Of a DNA stretch of 55,093 nucleotides, positions 42,501 to 53,400 are shown one piece after another (positions within the stretch are counted from its first letter, which is position 1; the number at the start of each line of letters is the position of its first letter). Both the position numbers and the translations under genes were made by a program. Source of the stretch: Prorocentrum cordatum (taxonomy: Eukaryota); the NCBI GenBank assembly GCA_963575745.1, contig CAUYUJ010000184.1, forward strand, positions 62,001 through 117,093, in the 5' to 3' direction. The notes below the pieces were generated by a model. The model had not been told where the DNA came from. It saw only the letters and a program-made list of their open reading frames with translations, and ran no database searches.

Positions 42501-45075
42501 TCTGTCAGACGACAGCAAGTTCCACCCGCGCGTGCACTTAGCACTACAGTATCTCGTACGAAATTACTTCCGAGTAGAACATGTAGTAGCAGTTCGATTG
42601 GCTAAGAGTGTGTCAAGCCTATCTGCAGTAAAGTACGCCACCGGGTCTACGCTGATCCACTATGACAACGACATCAGCCCGGCGTTCCACTATTACGAAT
42701 GTGTGGGCACTGGCTTAAACATTTCTCAGATCACTGGTAGCACTCACTCCAGACTGATTCAATGCTTGACTTCACGTGTCCCTTCCTTAGGATTTCACGA
42801 CGATTTGGCTAAATATCAGCATCCAAGCAACACGTCTGGAGAATACGTGTCGCCTGGAAACAGGCCTTCTCCAGACACACCAGATGCTTCATCGCCGCGC
42901 GAAGGCCGTCTGTCGACAATCTATGAGGAAAATGAGGAACACCATATCGAAGCTATGATGCTGGAAGAGTGGTACGACGAGCTACGTATGGACCTTCATC
43001 CTACGACGATTACCGATGATTATCTTTATTGCGTCCCAACAACTATGCTGCCCGACCAATGTGTTTTGGTTTCAGCATTTGTGGACGAAGATGATATTAC
43101 ATCATCAGATATGCTCGGAGACGAGCCGAAATCATGTGAGTCCTGTCTAGTATCTCTTTGTTCAAACACAACCGACGAGAGCTACTCTCTAGACAGTGAT
43201 GAATACGGTCCTTACGTTGAACTATGCTTTACATCAGAAATGTCAAAAATAGTGTTGGATCAGACTCAACTTGCACAGCTCGATACCGATATGGTCGCAA
43301 CGATGAGAGTATATGTACCCTCTGCTGCTAAACGTGCTGTGGTTGTCAAAGAAGATGATCTACTGACCAAAGCCGACATAGCAGCACATCCAAAGGAGGT
43401 TAGTGAAGCCTTATATACTGAGCTCAAAATCTGGATTGATAACCGATGCTTTGAGATGTACGATTTGTCCAAAGCTTCCAACATCATGACGTCCAGATAC
43501 GTATACAAGTGGAAGTTCGTAAAGATGGGTACCGAGAGCGTTAAAACCATTCGTCTCAGACTGGTCCTTTGTGGATTTATGGATACTGAGGCTTTTGGTG
43601 TGGAAACATTCTCGGGAACCGCCCGAAGGCAGCCCCAACGACTCCTGGCAAGTGAAGCGGCATGTCATCCAGAGTGGATCTTAGCATCCATGGATATCGA
43701 TAAGGCGTTCTTAAAGGGTTTGACCTATGAGGAACTTGCCCATGCCACCGGCGAGGAAACTCGCATGGTTTGCTTTACTCTTCCACCAGGAAGCGCTCAG
43801 GTACTTCGTACCTTACCCGGCTTCTCATCCTACGACGAAAGTCGACACTGTCTTAGATGCCTCAAACCAGGAACGGGTACTAAGGACGCTCCAAGAGCGT
43901 TCTCTCTCAAACTTGGTACGACCACACGAGCTATAGGACTTACACCGACCAGCTACGACCCTGAATTTGAATTCAGCCAAGACCTTCTGACGGCCAAACA
44001 TGTCGATGACATTAACATGACAGGTCTAGAGAAAAATATAGACGACTATGTACAACGTGTCGAAAAGGTATTTGGCAAATGCAAGCTCAACAAGCACACA
44101 TATACGAACTGCGCCGTTCGCTACACTAAGAGTGATCAGGGAGATGTGATCATGGACCAGGACGAGTATATTAAACAACTACGTCCTATCACACACCCAG
44201 AACTCACAGGAGCGGCGGCCGACGCCAAAGCCACGAAACTCATTACCGACATGTTCGTCAGCCTGCGAGGAGCCCTCGCCTATGCCCTTCTTACCCAAAT
44301 CTGGCTTATGGTATATGTGGTCTCTCCTCAGAAAATTCAAGAGCCCACCAATTTGCAAGTCAGACGTTTGAACGCTGTGACGCGAAAGCTGATCAGCAGT
44401 CCGAAACGCATCACCTTCCCTCGGATGAAGCCGACGAATGAAGTTGACATCCATAGCGATTCGGGGTATCGGAAGCTTACCGGGGAGGAGGATGACGAGA
44501 CCAAGGGCTACGGCATACGCGGGGCCAACGTACTACGGCGAGGAAACTCGCCCCAAGGCAAGTCCGTCGTTCACCTCTGTGACGGACTATGCAAATCACA
44601 CCGATTACAGGTGAGGTCCAGTTATGCTGCGGAGGCACTTGCAGCCGCACATAACCTTGATGAGTGTTACCCTACGCTCATTACTCTCCACGAGCTTAAG
44701 GCAGGGGCTTTGACTCCACGACAACTACGAGACATGCGTGAAGTTGGAGGCCTTGCTATCAAAGTCTCTCTTACCATAGACGCCGAGTCCGTCTACAAGT
44801 CTTTATCAAGCAGGGATCTCAAAATACCTACAGAACGGACTCTGCTTGGACATATCAGCTGGATACGTGAGCTCATGGATATAGGTATAGTACATAATGT
44901 GCAATGGTGTGATACTAGGGATATGACCGCAGATGGGCATACAAAGGGAAGCATCGATCGGGAGCTGCTTCTGGAAGTGATGTCAGGCACTCAGTCATTT
45001 AAGTATGACGTGAAGCAATTTGTTCCCTTTCGGGGTCCCGAGGACAGAGACAAACCTAAGTCTAATCAATTTTAG
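39394..45075 (+). CDS. Copia pol: cytosine-methyltransferase-like domain, integrase, RT, RNase H
   Basis: MLELCGGEGG..QPSC..REQP..DQC..KKST (~39961-40590). INT: HLRWHH..CDTCREC, FSDGEG, IESR. RT: SRYVYKWK, RLRLVLCGF, DIDKAFLKG, KDAPRAF, HVDD (43999-44010). RH: SDSGY, SSYAAEA, IDAES, MTADGHTK. Confidence 0.92.
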   Translation: MRLFRISRLPINQQDMIGMHHYLQGLPTSVLGCIGNPRLVLLGSEPTQSPQKHRRVIIDDCSLPLPTLAIDACTHSTMTMSTQTDEQDEQALPAESRIKQKKRLKAEKEAGIKPRRIKKHVEDGNDDCGDELSGLGQDLMATWSTDVPVELISSDEDDDLFLTLPTSMPDTHANIYSIVATLCYGHNNCVDMLELCGGEGGISELAFSRGLSSGGNLDNTTYVDLGDPSVQQVIDHYFAICYVRVAILQPSCRTTGPPSYYNHKVNYNTWEQHHKEDLPHITYCGKIAATQDDSQRWFIREQPTGTWVDDISPWKKLANRPRITTVRIDQCATGLRDTTGEYIKKSTNITSNDETILKPFERLKCNGQHVHAQPCNTELSLAQKYTRRLQSAFVEAVYLAKAIDTTRGNAPISTAHAYPTDLPDQAEPGEGMRRIGDRIIPKVATCPACIDNVRKDSPSHNRDPTQCKYHDSISVYWPCPACQRDLTRSKGVKNHLDTEPGKRRFAEPFKLPDDHDPEGRTVPAWWKPLPKPGEGQASASGGRQGAHARPPQPRSFGNVDPTSGASSYDMLRDAPERGNTPSASSSEVPQVAARRGRLQGVPPPPDAVNTGDQLRRATRNPLASTGSGAPRLPDWARFDIQHSLQSLRSHEPHVVKKELRKLHLRWHHAKEPKMRLILEKVGLDNVRLNMIKEVCDTCRECRAWERPGNSTLPSVSLPGNWLDEGEMGLMFYKKRTIFHIMDRCIRLAAGLEISDRERDAIIDAYHYCWIAYHGPFIVLFSDGEGALNNDTAKTMIANKGTELRIRAPGQHATSIESRSGILRGVLHMIEEELNRHNIPVVFTRVLAEGIFVTNAFTFYNGVVPYQAHTGRQPSFLPDLDTLDFPKGPETSGHERERRVREVSLEAITQATAVAKTNRALRAKTTPDGARLYSSGDLVDYHRPTATKDDHGGWNGPFPVIRNVPERGHIVVKAGSREVIVMYPDARHTLYIECLLTRELGMDNMAMQAVLAYVAHLSAGKPAKVFGYIPDYKGNLNLSDDSKFHPRVHLALQYLVRNYFRVEHVVAVRLAKSVSSLSAVKYATGSTLIHYDNDISPAFHYYECVGTGLNISQITGSTHSRLIQCLTSRVPSLGFHDDLAKYQHPSNTSGEYVSPGNRPSPDTPDASSPREGRLSTIYEENEEHHIEAMMLEEWYDELRMDLHPTTITDDYLYCVPTTMLPDQCVLVSAFVDEDDITSSDMLGDEPKSCESCLVSLCSNTTDESYSLDSDEYGPYVELCFTSEMSKIVLDQTQLAQLDTDMVATMRVYVPSAAKRAVVVKEDDLLTKADIAAHPKEVSEALYTELKIWIDNRCFEMYDLSKASNIMTSRYVYKWKFVKMGTESVKTIRLRLVLCGFMDTEAFGVETFSGTARRQPQRLLASEAACHPEWILASMDIDKAFLKGLTYEELAHATGEETRMVCFTLPPGSAQVLRTLPGFSSYDESRHCLRCLKPGTGTKDAPRAFSLKLGTTTRAIGLTPTSYDPEFEFSQDLLTAKHVDDINMTGLEKNIDDYVQRVEKVFGKCKLNKHTYTNCAVRYTKSDQGDVIMDQDEYIKQLRPITHPELTGAAADAKATKLITDMFVSLRGALAYALLTQIWLMVYVVSPQKIQEPTNLQVRRLNAVTRKLISSPKRITFPRMKPTNEVDIHSDSGYRKLTGEEDDETKGYGIRGANVLRRGNSPQGKSVVHLCDGLCKSHRLQVRSSYAAEALAAAHNLDECYPTLITLHELKAGALTPRQLRDMREVGGLAIKVSLTIDAESVYKSLSSRDLKIPTERTLLGHISWIRELMDIGIVHNVQWCDTRDMTADGHTKGSIDRELLLEVMSGTQSFKYDVKQFVPFRGPEDRDKPKSNQF

Positions 45076-45445
45076 TCTGTCCTTGTTGCCCTCGCGGTCC
45101 AGTTTGCCAGCACGGGCGCCTACTATAAAGGCGCCCCTCTAGCTGCTCGGAAACGAGCCTTATATTTCACGCCTGGCAACGAGCCGGCTTCGTACAACTC
45201 AGGCTCTTTGCCTTAATACACATTTGCTTGGTGAGGTATGGCCTAATTTTGGCTTACCTCTAACTGAGCCGATAGCCCTTCATTGTTTGAAGGGGCTGTC
45301 CTGTATTTGCGTGAAATACTTTGCGAGGAAACTCGCCTTACAGTCTGGTGTTTGACCAGACTGTACGCACTGTTTTCTTTTCTTTGCAAACAGTCGTGCG
45401 CGCGATCTTTGCGTGCGACTATGCTCTCCGTCTCCTCCCCTCCCG

Positions 45446-45697
45446 ACTTTAAGGGTAGCTCTTTGGGAGATGTTACAGTATCGGGAGCATAGCTCGCGCG
45501 CCGTTGCCTTTGGCCCAAGGCACGCGCGCCCTATTTGCCCGGACACCGCGAGTGTTCGCTATGTGCTGGAAAGATCATTACATCGATCTTATCCTATCTT
45601 ATCCGTCCACCCTTCATACTGTACCTTCACAGCAGAGCGATGGACGCAATTTGCCAGGCTATATGCCATATTTGAGCTACCAGGCTCACTTTCGACT
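45446..45697 (+). repeat. 3' LTR
   Basis: Matches 29734-29985; followed by TSD GCCTG. Confidence 0.95.
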
Positions 45698-47546
45698 GCC
45701 TGCGGCCGTGTGTTGTCGGGGGTGGCCGCGCCGGAATTCCTTTAGCTCATCGATGCCGAAGAGCTCTAAGAGGTACACCGGAAAACTTTCCGGCGAGCCC
45801 TCGGACGCTCTCGTGAAGCGCTTCTGGGGCTCGGGGGGGCTCCCCTGCAGCGCTTCCGAAGCGCTGCTAGGAACGCTTCCACGCGTGCCTGCACGCGTGC
45901 AAGCACGCGTGGACGCTTGCCGGAGAGCCAGAGAGGGAGGTGATGACTCGGGGGGGGTGGATGCCATGGCGAGGGCCATGATATCTCCCCAGATGTCATG
46001 GCACCTCTTCTTATTTAATCGCTTCGCTCATTCCGCCGGCCCATATTGTCGCACCGTTGTGGGCTAGCCGAGTTTGGGGGCCTCTTGGGGGCCGTTTTGG
46101 GGCCTCTTGGGGCTTCTTTTGGGCCTCTTGGGCGCCTCTTGGGGCGTCTCGGAGGCCTCTTGGGGGCCTCTTGGGGCCCCAGATGTCATGGCGCTTCTTC
46201 TTATTTCAATGCGTGCCTGGCCCCCCCTGGGCCGCACACATGCCGCTGGCCATGATTTGCGCCCTCCCCTCTCGGACGCCCCCCTTCTGGGCGACCCCGA
46301 GTTCGGCAGAGCCCTTGCGCCAAAGCTAATCCCTACGAGCCCGCGTGTGCTTTCACAAATCCTGTGCCCTCTCCGCACCAGTCCCCGCCCTCGTCGTCCT
46401 CCTATTCCTCCACGTCCCGTGCTCTCTGACGTGTGCTCGCTCGAGACGCTGTTCTCCCTGGTGTTTTAAGCATCCTGTTAGAAGTCCGACGTATCAACCA
46501 CCTCATTGTAGTCACCTCCCCAGTCCTCGCCCTCTCCGTCCTCCTCGTCGTCCTACTCCTGATCCTCCGCTTCCTCTTCCCCCTTCCACTCCCTCTCTTC
46601 CCCCCTTCAGCCTTCTGCTCCATCTCCTCCCCCTCCCCCCCCTCGGAGGAGGACACCTGTACCACCCTCACCCCTCTTTGTCCCCCCCGTCTCTTCTTCT
46701 CATACCCCCCCCCAGACAGGAGGAACGCATTGAAAGGAGTAGGGGGAAGGGAGGAGGAAGGTGGTGGACCTGTTCGAATGCTTGGTTCCTGATCCCCCTC
46801 CTCCCCTGAGATCCAGCGTCTCGAACACATTTCCCGAGACGTACCATCTCCAACAAGTGGCCACAGCAGTGGTTCGGCTTTGTGCTGATGGTTTGGGATG
46901 GGCATGCGTCCCCTAATCGACCCCCTTAATTAGGACGCTTTTGTGGTGGGTTTAGTGGCAGGGTTTGTCAATTGTGTTGTTGTGTTTGTGGAGAGCTTTG
47001 CGCCTTAATTGTGTCTGCATGTTTGACGAGTCGTATGCCCGTGAAGAGTAGCGGTCGAGCGCCCATGCCAGTTGATGGTACCATGCATGGAGACGCATTG
47101 ATGTGGTATGACAACTACTCGGGTGGCTCTCTTGTTCTACGATTCACGGGAAATTGTCCTCCTCCACCTCCTCCTGCTGCAAGGCGTGAGCAAGGGAGGG
47201 AAACGACCGCCGAGGTTCCTATTCCTGGGGGTCCGATGGGCCACCGCCGTGAGCCACCCATCTGCGGCGACAGCGGCGCACGTGGCAGCCCCCCCGGGAG
47301 ACGCGAGGAGGGGGAGGGGGAGGGAGAGGGGGAGGGGGAGGAGGAGGAGGAGGAGGAGGAGGAGGAGGGAGGAGGAGGAGGAGGAGGAGGAGGAGGAGGA
47401 GGAGGAGGAGGAGGAGGAGGAGGAGGAGGAGGAGGAGGAGGGAGGGAGGGAGGGAGGGGGGAGGGAGGGAGGGAGGGAGGGAGGGAGGAGGGAGGGAGGG
47501 AGGGAGGGAGGGAGGAGGGAGAGGAGGGAGGAGAGGAGGAGGAGGA

Positions 47547-47578
<32 letters not shown>

Positions 47579-47864
47579 GGAGGAGGAGGAGGAGGAGGAG
47601 GAGGAGGAGGAGGAGGAGGAGGAGGGGGAGGAGGGGGAGGAGGAGGAGGAGGGAGGAGGAGGAGGAGGAGGAGGAGGAGGAGGAGGTCTCGCCTGGATCT
47701 GCGCGACAGCCCGTTCCGCCGGGCCTCCCGGGAGCCCGCGACGGCGGCAGCCTCCCGGGGAGCCGCGAGGCGTCGCCTGCCCACCGCCCTCTGCTGGACC
47801 TTCCGGGAGCCCACGAAGGTGGCGACGGTGCGCAGTTGGGAGCCTTCCAGGCAGCCGCCCAATA

Positions 47865-48229
47865 CAGTCGGGCCGGACGAAAGGGGGGGATAGTGAAAGG
47901 GGGGGGTACGAAATCTGCTGCATGCAGCTGGTTTCGGCCCCACCGAGGGGCCCATTCCTCGATACATGGGCGCCCCCCTGCGCCGGGAGGCGCTGGGGAA
48001 ATTAGCTACGTGAGCTGATTCTCAAACCCCCCCTTTGCTATCCCCCCCTTTCGCCCGGCCCGATACAGTCGGCCCTGATTAGTGGGTCGACCCTGCCAAA
48101 TCAAGGGTACCCTTAGGTACCCCTGTGTCCTGTGCCTCGCGACCCATGCCTCCTGCATCCCCCACGGCAACGTGGCCCTCGGAAGGGTCTTGTGTCCTCT
48201 CGCGTGTCCTGTCCAATCAAGGCCGACTG
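47865..48229. mobile_element. Two adjacent CAGTCGG-type MITE-like TIR elements (47865-48063 and 48066-48229)
   Basis: IR 47868-47905 / 48027-48063; IR CAGTCGGCCCTGATT / AATCAAGGCCGACTG; TA precedes each. Confidence 0.6.
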
Positions 48230-48905
48230 CAGGGAAGCCACGAGCAAGGGGGAGAAGCGCGAGCAGCGCTCTGTTCAAAACGAGAGCCCAGCCCAGGGAG
48301 AGTCGGGGATCAAACAGCGCGAAAAAGCGCGACTGGAGCCCTAGGCTCTGTCTTTCGGCGCCATCTGTAGAGCCCGATCGACCTGCGAGGGTGTGGGGCC
48401 CCGAATCTGGGCGAACACGTCTGGCTCGAAGAAAGCGAGACGCCATGATCTCAGGAGGTGGTTCAAAGACGGACTCCTGATGAATGGGGCCCTAACGATA
48501 AGCGGGGATCCAAGGGTGGATTTACATCGGGCGACGAAATCTATACGTATCCACTGCCCCCTCGCCGGTCCCTTCCTGGGCCCAGGAGCTGTGTAGACGC
48601 CCCCCTGGCCAAGCAGGGAGGGCGAGGCGTGCACACCGCTGCTGGATTCAGGGTGGGCCCGGCCGGGGAGCGGTGGACCACCGTAGATCTCGCGGCCTTG
48701 GACTCTTGCACTGCTTGAGGCGCCCCGTCCTCGGGACCCCGTGCCTCAGGGACCCCCGCTTCGACCCACCGGCTCGGGAGGTCCTCCTGCCTCCTCCTCC
48801 TCCTGCCTCCTCCTCCTCCTCCTGCTCCTCCTCCTGCTCCTCCTCCTCCTCCTGCTCATCCTGCTCCTCCTCCTCCTCCTCCTCCTCCTCCTCCTCCTCC
48901 TCCTC

Positions 48906-48940
<35 letters not shown>

Positions 48941-50899
48941 CTCGCTGCCCCCAGCCTGCTCGCGGGGGGGGGGCCCCGGCTGCCCGCCCCGACCCGCGGG
49001 GGCCTGCCCCCCGGGGGTGGGGACTGTCTGCCCCGCCGTCCGTGCCAGCGCGCGAGGCCCCACGTCTCGACTGGACGCAGGGGTGGCCCTTCGCTGGTGT
49101 AGCCTCAGGAGGAGGAGGAGGAAGAGGAGGAGGAGGAGGAGGAGGAGGAGGAGGAGGAGGACGAGGAGGAGGAGGAGGAGGAGGAGGAGTAGAGGAGGAG
49201 GAGCAGGAGGAGGAGGAGGACGAGGAGGAGGAGGAGGAGGAGGAGGAGGACGAGGAGGAGGAGGAGGAGCAGGAGGAGCAGGAGGAGGAGGAGGAGGAGG
49301 AAGAGGAGGAGGAGGAGGAGGAGGTGCGGGCCCAGCGACAGCGGCGCCCCGCGCGCCTGTTTTTGGTCCCCCCCCCGCGTCTCCCCGGAGGCCTCGCACC
49401 GGAGGCCGCTCTTGCCCGGGGCCATTCCTGCGTGCAGCCGAACCTCCTCTGTCGATGCCAGAAGGAGCAATTCAATGCCAGCCGGCGGCGCGCGCGAGGG
49501 GTCGGATCTCGGCACGACCTGAGGGGGTGCGGAGCGAGCGGGCACGAAGCCAGACCGCGGTGCCTGCTCGGCCTCAGCAGGAATCGCTGTCGGTGTCGCC
49601 GCGGACGCCAGCGGCGCCCATCTGAGACAGGAGGCAGCCTGCCCAACAGCGGCTGCTGTCGGCGTGCATCGCACCCGCTTTTCGTACCCTCCTCGGGCGT
49701 CCACGGGATCGATCGGTCGGCAACGGGGGGCTGGCTGACTGAGCCGAGCATCCAGAAGGACGCGTGGGCAGAGGAGTGCACGATTGGCAGCTCTCCGTGG
49801 AATTCTAGAGTACACCCACTCGACTCTGAAGCAGAAAACAACGGTGCGCATCATGACTGCGAAACAGGAAACAAGAGAGGAGCGGGAGGAGAAAGGGAGG
49901 AGGACGACGACCCAGAGATCCGACGTCGTGATTTTTTCAGTACGGGGTCCCCAGAGGTCTCGACCCATTCCCCAAGACCGTATTTTCATCCTGGGTCGTT
50001 TTTTGACGGTCCCGGGGCCCGGCGAGGGCCCCTTGCGGCTGAAAATTACGAAAAACCTGCGCCTTGATTTTTTCGATGCGTTGGATCTCTGGGGAGGAGC
50101 GGGCAACGGGAGGGGGTGCCGTAAACGAGGGCGGGAGGACCGAGGACTGCGGGGGAGCGGCCCCGCAGGGGGGCCCCCGACCGATCTTCCGGCACTGCCC
50201 CTGCGGGCCCCAGAGCAGTCAGGAGGGGGAAAAACACACACATGCACAAGGAATCGTCGGCTCCCAGGAAAGTATGGGAAAAGATGTGGGAAGTGTGGGG
50301 GGGGGAAGACAAACGCCCAGAAAATAGGGGACGATAGGGGGAATCCTGCTACGTGTGTCTACTTATTGGTGTGCCCCAGGGCCCCTTCCAGCAGGTGCCG
50401 TCGCCCCTCCCCCCCCCCGCCCGAGGGACGAGTCCTGGGGCGTCTTCCGGCCCTCTCGGGGGCGTGGGAGGGCCGAGGGAGGCCTCAGAGGCAGAAGAGG
50501 TGCCCCTGCCCCCTTGGCATCGCTCGGACGTGTGAATTTTTCCTTCGGCGAGGGCCATCGAGGAGCATCCTTGATCATTTGGCGAAGCAACCGCGCACGA
50601 AACCCAAAAAAACACAGGAAATGGACGTCCGAGCGATGGCGAGCCTCTGCCCTCCCCTCGTTCTCCTCTTTTTGTGGCCTCCTGGGCCTCTGTCGTCGCC
50701 ACCGCCGGCTTCGCCTCGAGCTCCTGGTCAGCACGCACCCCGGGAGGGGTCCGGGGAGCAGCGGTGTCTCGGTACCCTTTGGCCTCCCGTAGACCAGGCA
50801 CGGCGAAACACCTCGGGGCCCGCTTCCCTCGGGTCCCCGTGCGTTTCGTGCCAGGAGGGCAAGAGGGAAGGGACGGTGGGGCCTTCTGAGAGCCCCCCC

Positions 50900-51043
50900 A
50901 CACACCCACCCACCCACCCACCCACACCACACACCACACACCACACACCACACACCACACACCACACACCACACACCACACACCACACACCACACACCAC
51001 ACACCACACACCACACACCACACACCACACACCACACACCCAC

Positions 51044-51077
<34 letters not shown>

Positions 51078-51186
51078 CACACCACACACCACACACCAGA
51101 CACCACACACCACACACAACACTCAACACTCAACACTCAACCCTCAACACTCAACACTCAACACTCAACACACACACACACACACA
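50900..51186. repeat. (CACACAC)n / (ACTCAAC)n heptamer-type repeats
   Basis: Direct observation. Confidence 0.9.
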
Positions 51187-52199
51187 TCTCGTGCCCTCCT
51201 GCATTCTCCGACTTGTTTCGATACCTTCCAAGAAGAGGGCCGATCCCATCCGCGAAGCCAGCCCTGCCCTCTTCGACCACATACACGTAAGAGTGACCCT
51301 CTGCTGAAGTTATATTTTGAAAAGGGTCCGCTGGTTCTCCCGATCACTGAACGCGATGCGATATCAGCTGCTCGCCCGCTTGGGTCTGCCCCCCCCGCGC
51401 CTACCAAAGAGCCGCGCAAGGTCACTCTGACCCAGTGTCACTCTTGCGTGCAGCTGACTTCTTGGAGTCGCCCCCCCCCAGCCGCACCACACCACCTTGC
51501 GCGCGGCGCCATTCCAGACTGTTTAATGATCGGCGCTGACCTGTTTGACAATCGGACCCCTCGTCAGCCTCCTCCTCCTCCTCCTCGTCCTTCTTTTTCT
51601 TCTCCTCCTCCTCCTCCTCCTCCTCCTCCTCCTCCTCCTCCTCCCTCTTCCTCCTCCTCCTCCTCCTTCTCCTCCTCCTCTTGATCGTTCGCCTTGCATC
51701 ACCTGCCTGTGGCTGCCGAGACCAGGGTCATTGCATCCTGTCCTCGCGTTGGCGAGCGTGTCGTTGCCGGCCTCCGCGAAGCAGGCATCCCAGCTCCCCT
51801 GGCGGCCCGGGCCGTGGATCCTGCCTGCGACACGGGCGGGGGGGAGGAGGAGGAGGAGGAGGAGGAGGAGGAGGAGGAGGAGGAGGAGGAGGAGGAGGAG
51901 GAGGAGGAGGAGGAGGAGGAGTGGCGAAGCCGCCCACGGACCGTCGGAGGACGGCCAGGCCACTAGCCCAGCGCACCAGGCACGGTGCGTCGGCACGCTC
52001 GGCGCGGCCGAGGTTTCTCGGGGGCTGTGGCTCCAGGGTGCCCCTCCCCAAGCCGTGCACAGCCATCAGGCCAGTGGGGCTCGCGCCGTCTTCCGTTCGG
52101 CTTGTGAGAGGTCAGGCTGCTCGGCCGGTTGTCAGTAGAGCTCCAGGTCGTTGCTTCACCACCGCTCTGTCTCTTTCTCTCTCTATCTCTCTTTCATGG

Positions 52200-53400
52200 G
52201 GATCGTGAGCCCTTGATCGCCCTCAGGGCTCAGGTCCTTCTCACGCGGTCTGACATGTGGGAGCGATTTCCTGAGATGCACGCACGGATCGCGCGAGCGT
52301 GGCATCACATCCGAGGCTGGCTCGATTGGATGGCCTCTCTGCGTTGGCGTCGGGCTCGAGGTCCGGGCGGTGCCGCCGTTGCCACATTGCTGGACGCCGG
52401 CCGGAAACCTCTGTCTCCTGTGGTGTGGCACAGGCCCTTCGAGGGCCACTTCGAAGTTTGGCACATTCCTGATGTTGACCGCATCGAGCGCCTTGGGGGC
52501 GACTTTGATGTCTCGGAGCTCGTTGCTGATTTCACGAACGACTTGCGAGCCGCGCTCTGGGCCCAGGCCTCTCGCCACCCCCGGGGCGAGGACCTCGTTG
52601 GTGGGGCCGACCTCCATCCCGTCCGCCAAGAAGTCCGCAGGCTGGAGCAGCGTGACGAGCACGACCAGGTGGGGCTCCTGGTCTCGGTCGCGTCAGGAGG
52701 GCAGTGGACCCATTCCCAGCAACACGAAGCGGGATACGAGGTCCCACCCGTATGTCGTAGATGCGGGCTTGCGCCCGAAATCCTGTTTCATCGCATCTGG
52801 GAGTGCCCCAAGAATAGCGTTCATAAGGCGTTCGACCAACCGGCCTCCCTCGGCCACCAGGCCCGTGTCGGGCTCGAGGCGAATCGAGCTTTGTGGCTGA
52901 GGGGTGTCTCTCCCGCCTCTCTAACTGACCCTGCGTTAATGGACGAGGGGGTGGATGTGTCGTGGGAAGTGGGGTCGTCTTCGAGTTTTGATTTCGCCGA
53001 CGTGTCGGCGCGGCCGCAGTGTTGGTGGTCTTGGATGGTAGTGCATGGTCTCGCCTTCAGGGCTGGGCTTTTTATTTCGACGGGCCGACCCCAGACGGTG
53101 CCGAGGGCCGAGATGCTGGTGTATGAGCTTGCCCTGCGCAACCACCCAGGTCACACCGAGTAAGCCCCAGTTGGAAGGTTGGCGCCGCCGACATTTTCAT
53201 TGCGACGGTGTCAATTTCGAAGTATGGTTTCGAATTCGTTAAATTGTTAAGGTCGCCAGGATGGGACTCTGTTGACGTGGGCCACTTCCCAAGTTTATCC
53301 CTTGGACCCCTCACTTTCGGAGGAGGTGGCTCTCCTCGCGGCTGGCAACGATGTAGCTGATCAGCTCGCGTCCCAAGCTGCCCAGGAGTCGTGTAACATC
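52200..53400 (+). pseudogene. Degraded non-LTR (LINE) retrotransposon C-terminal fragment: CCHC finger + RNase H
   Basis: GGQWT..VCRRCG..HRIWECP..LWLRG; GRPQTVPRAE; AGNDVADQLA (RNase H GNxxADxLA motif) in broken frames. Confidence 0.7.

Larger units (their letters stand above)
29734..45697 (+). mobile_element. Ty1/Copia LTR retrotransposon (~16 kb) with extra cargo domains
   Basis: Two 252-bp LTRs, TSD GCCTG (29729-29733, 45698-45702), PBS, domain order gag-PR-INT-RT-RH. Confidence 0.95.
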
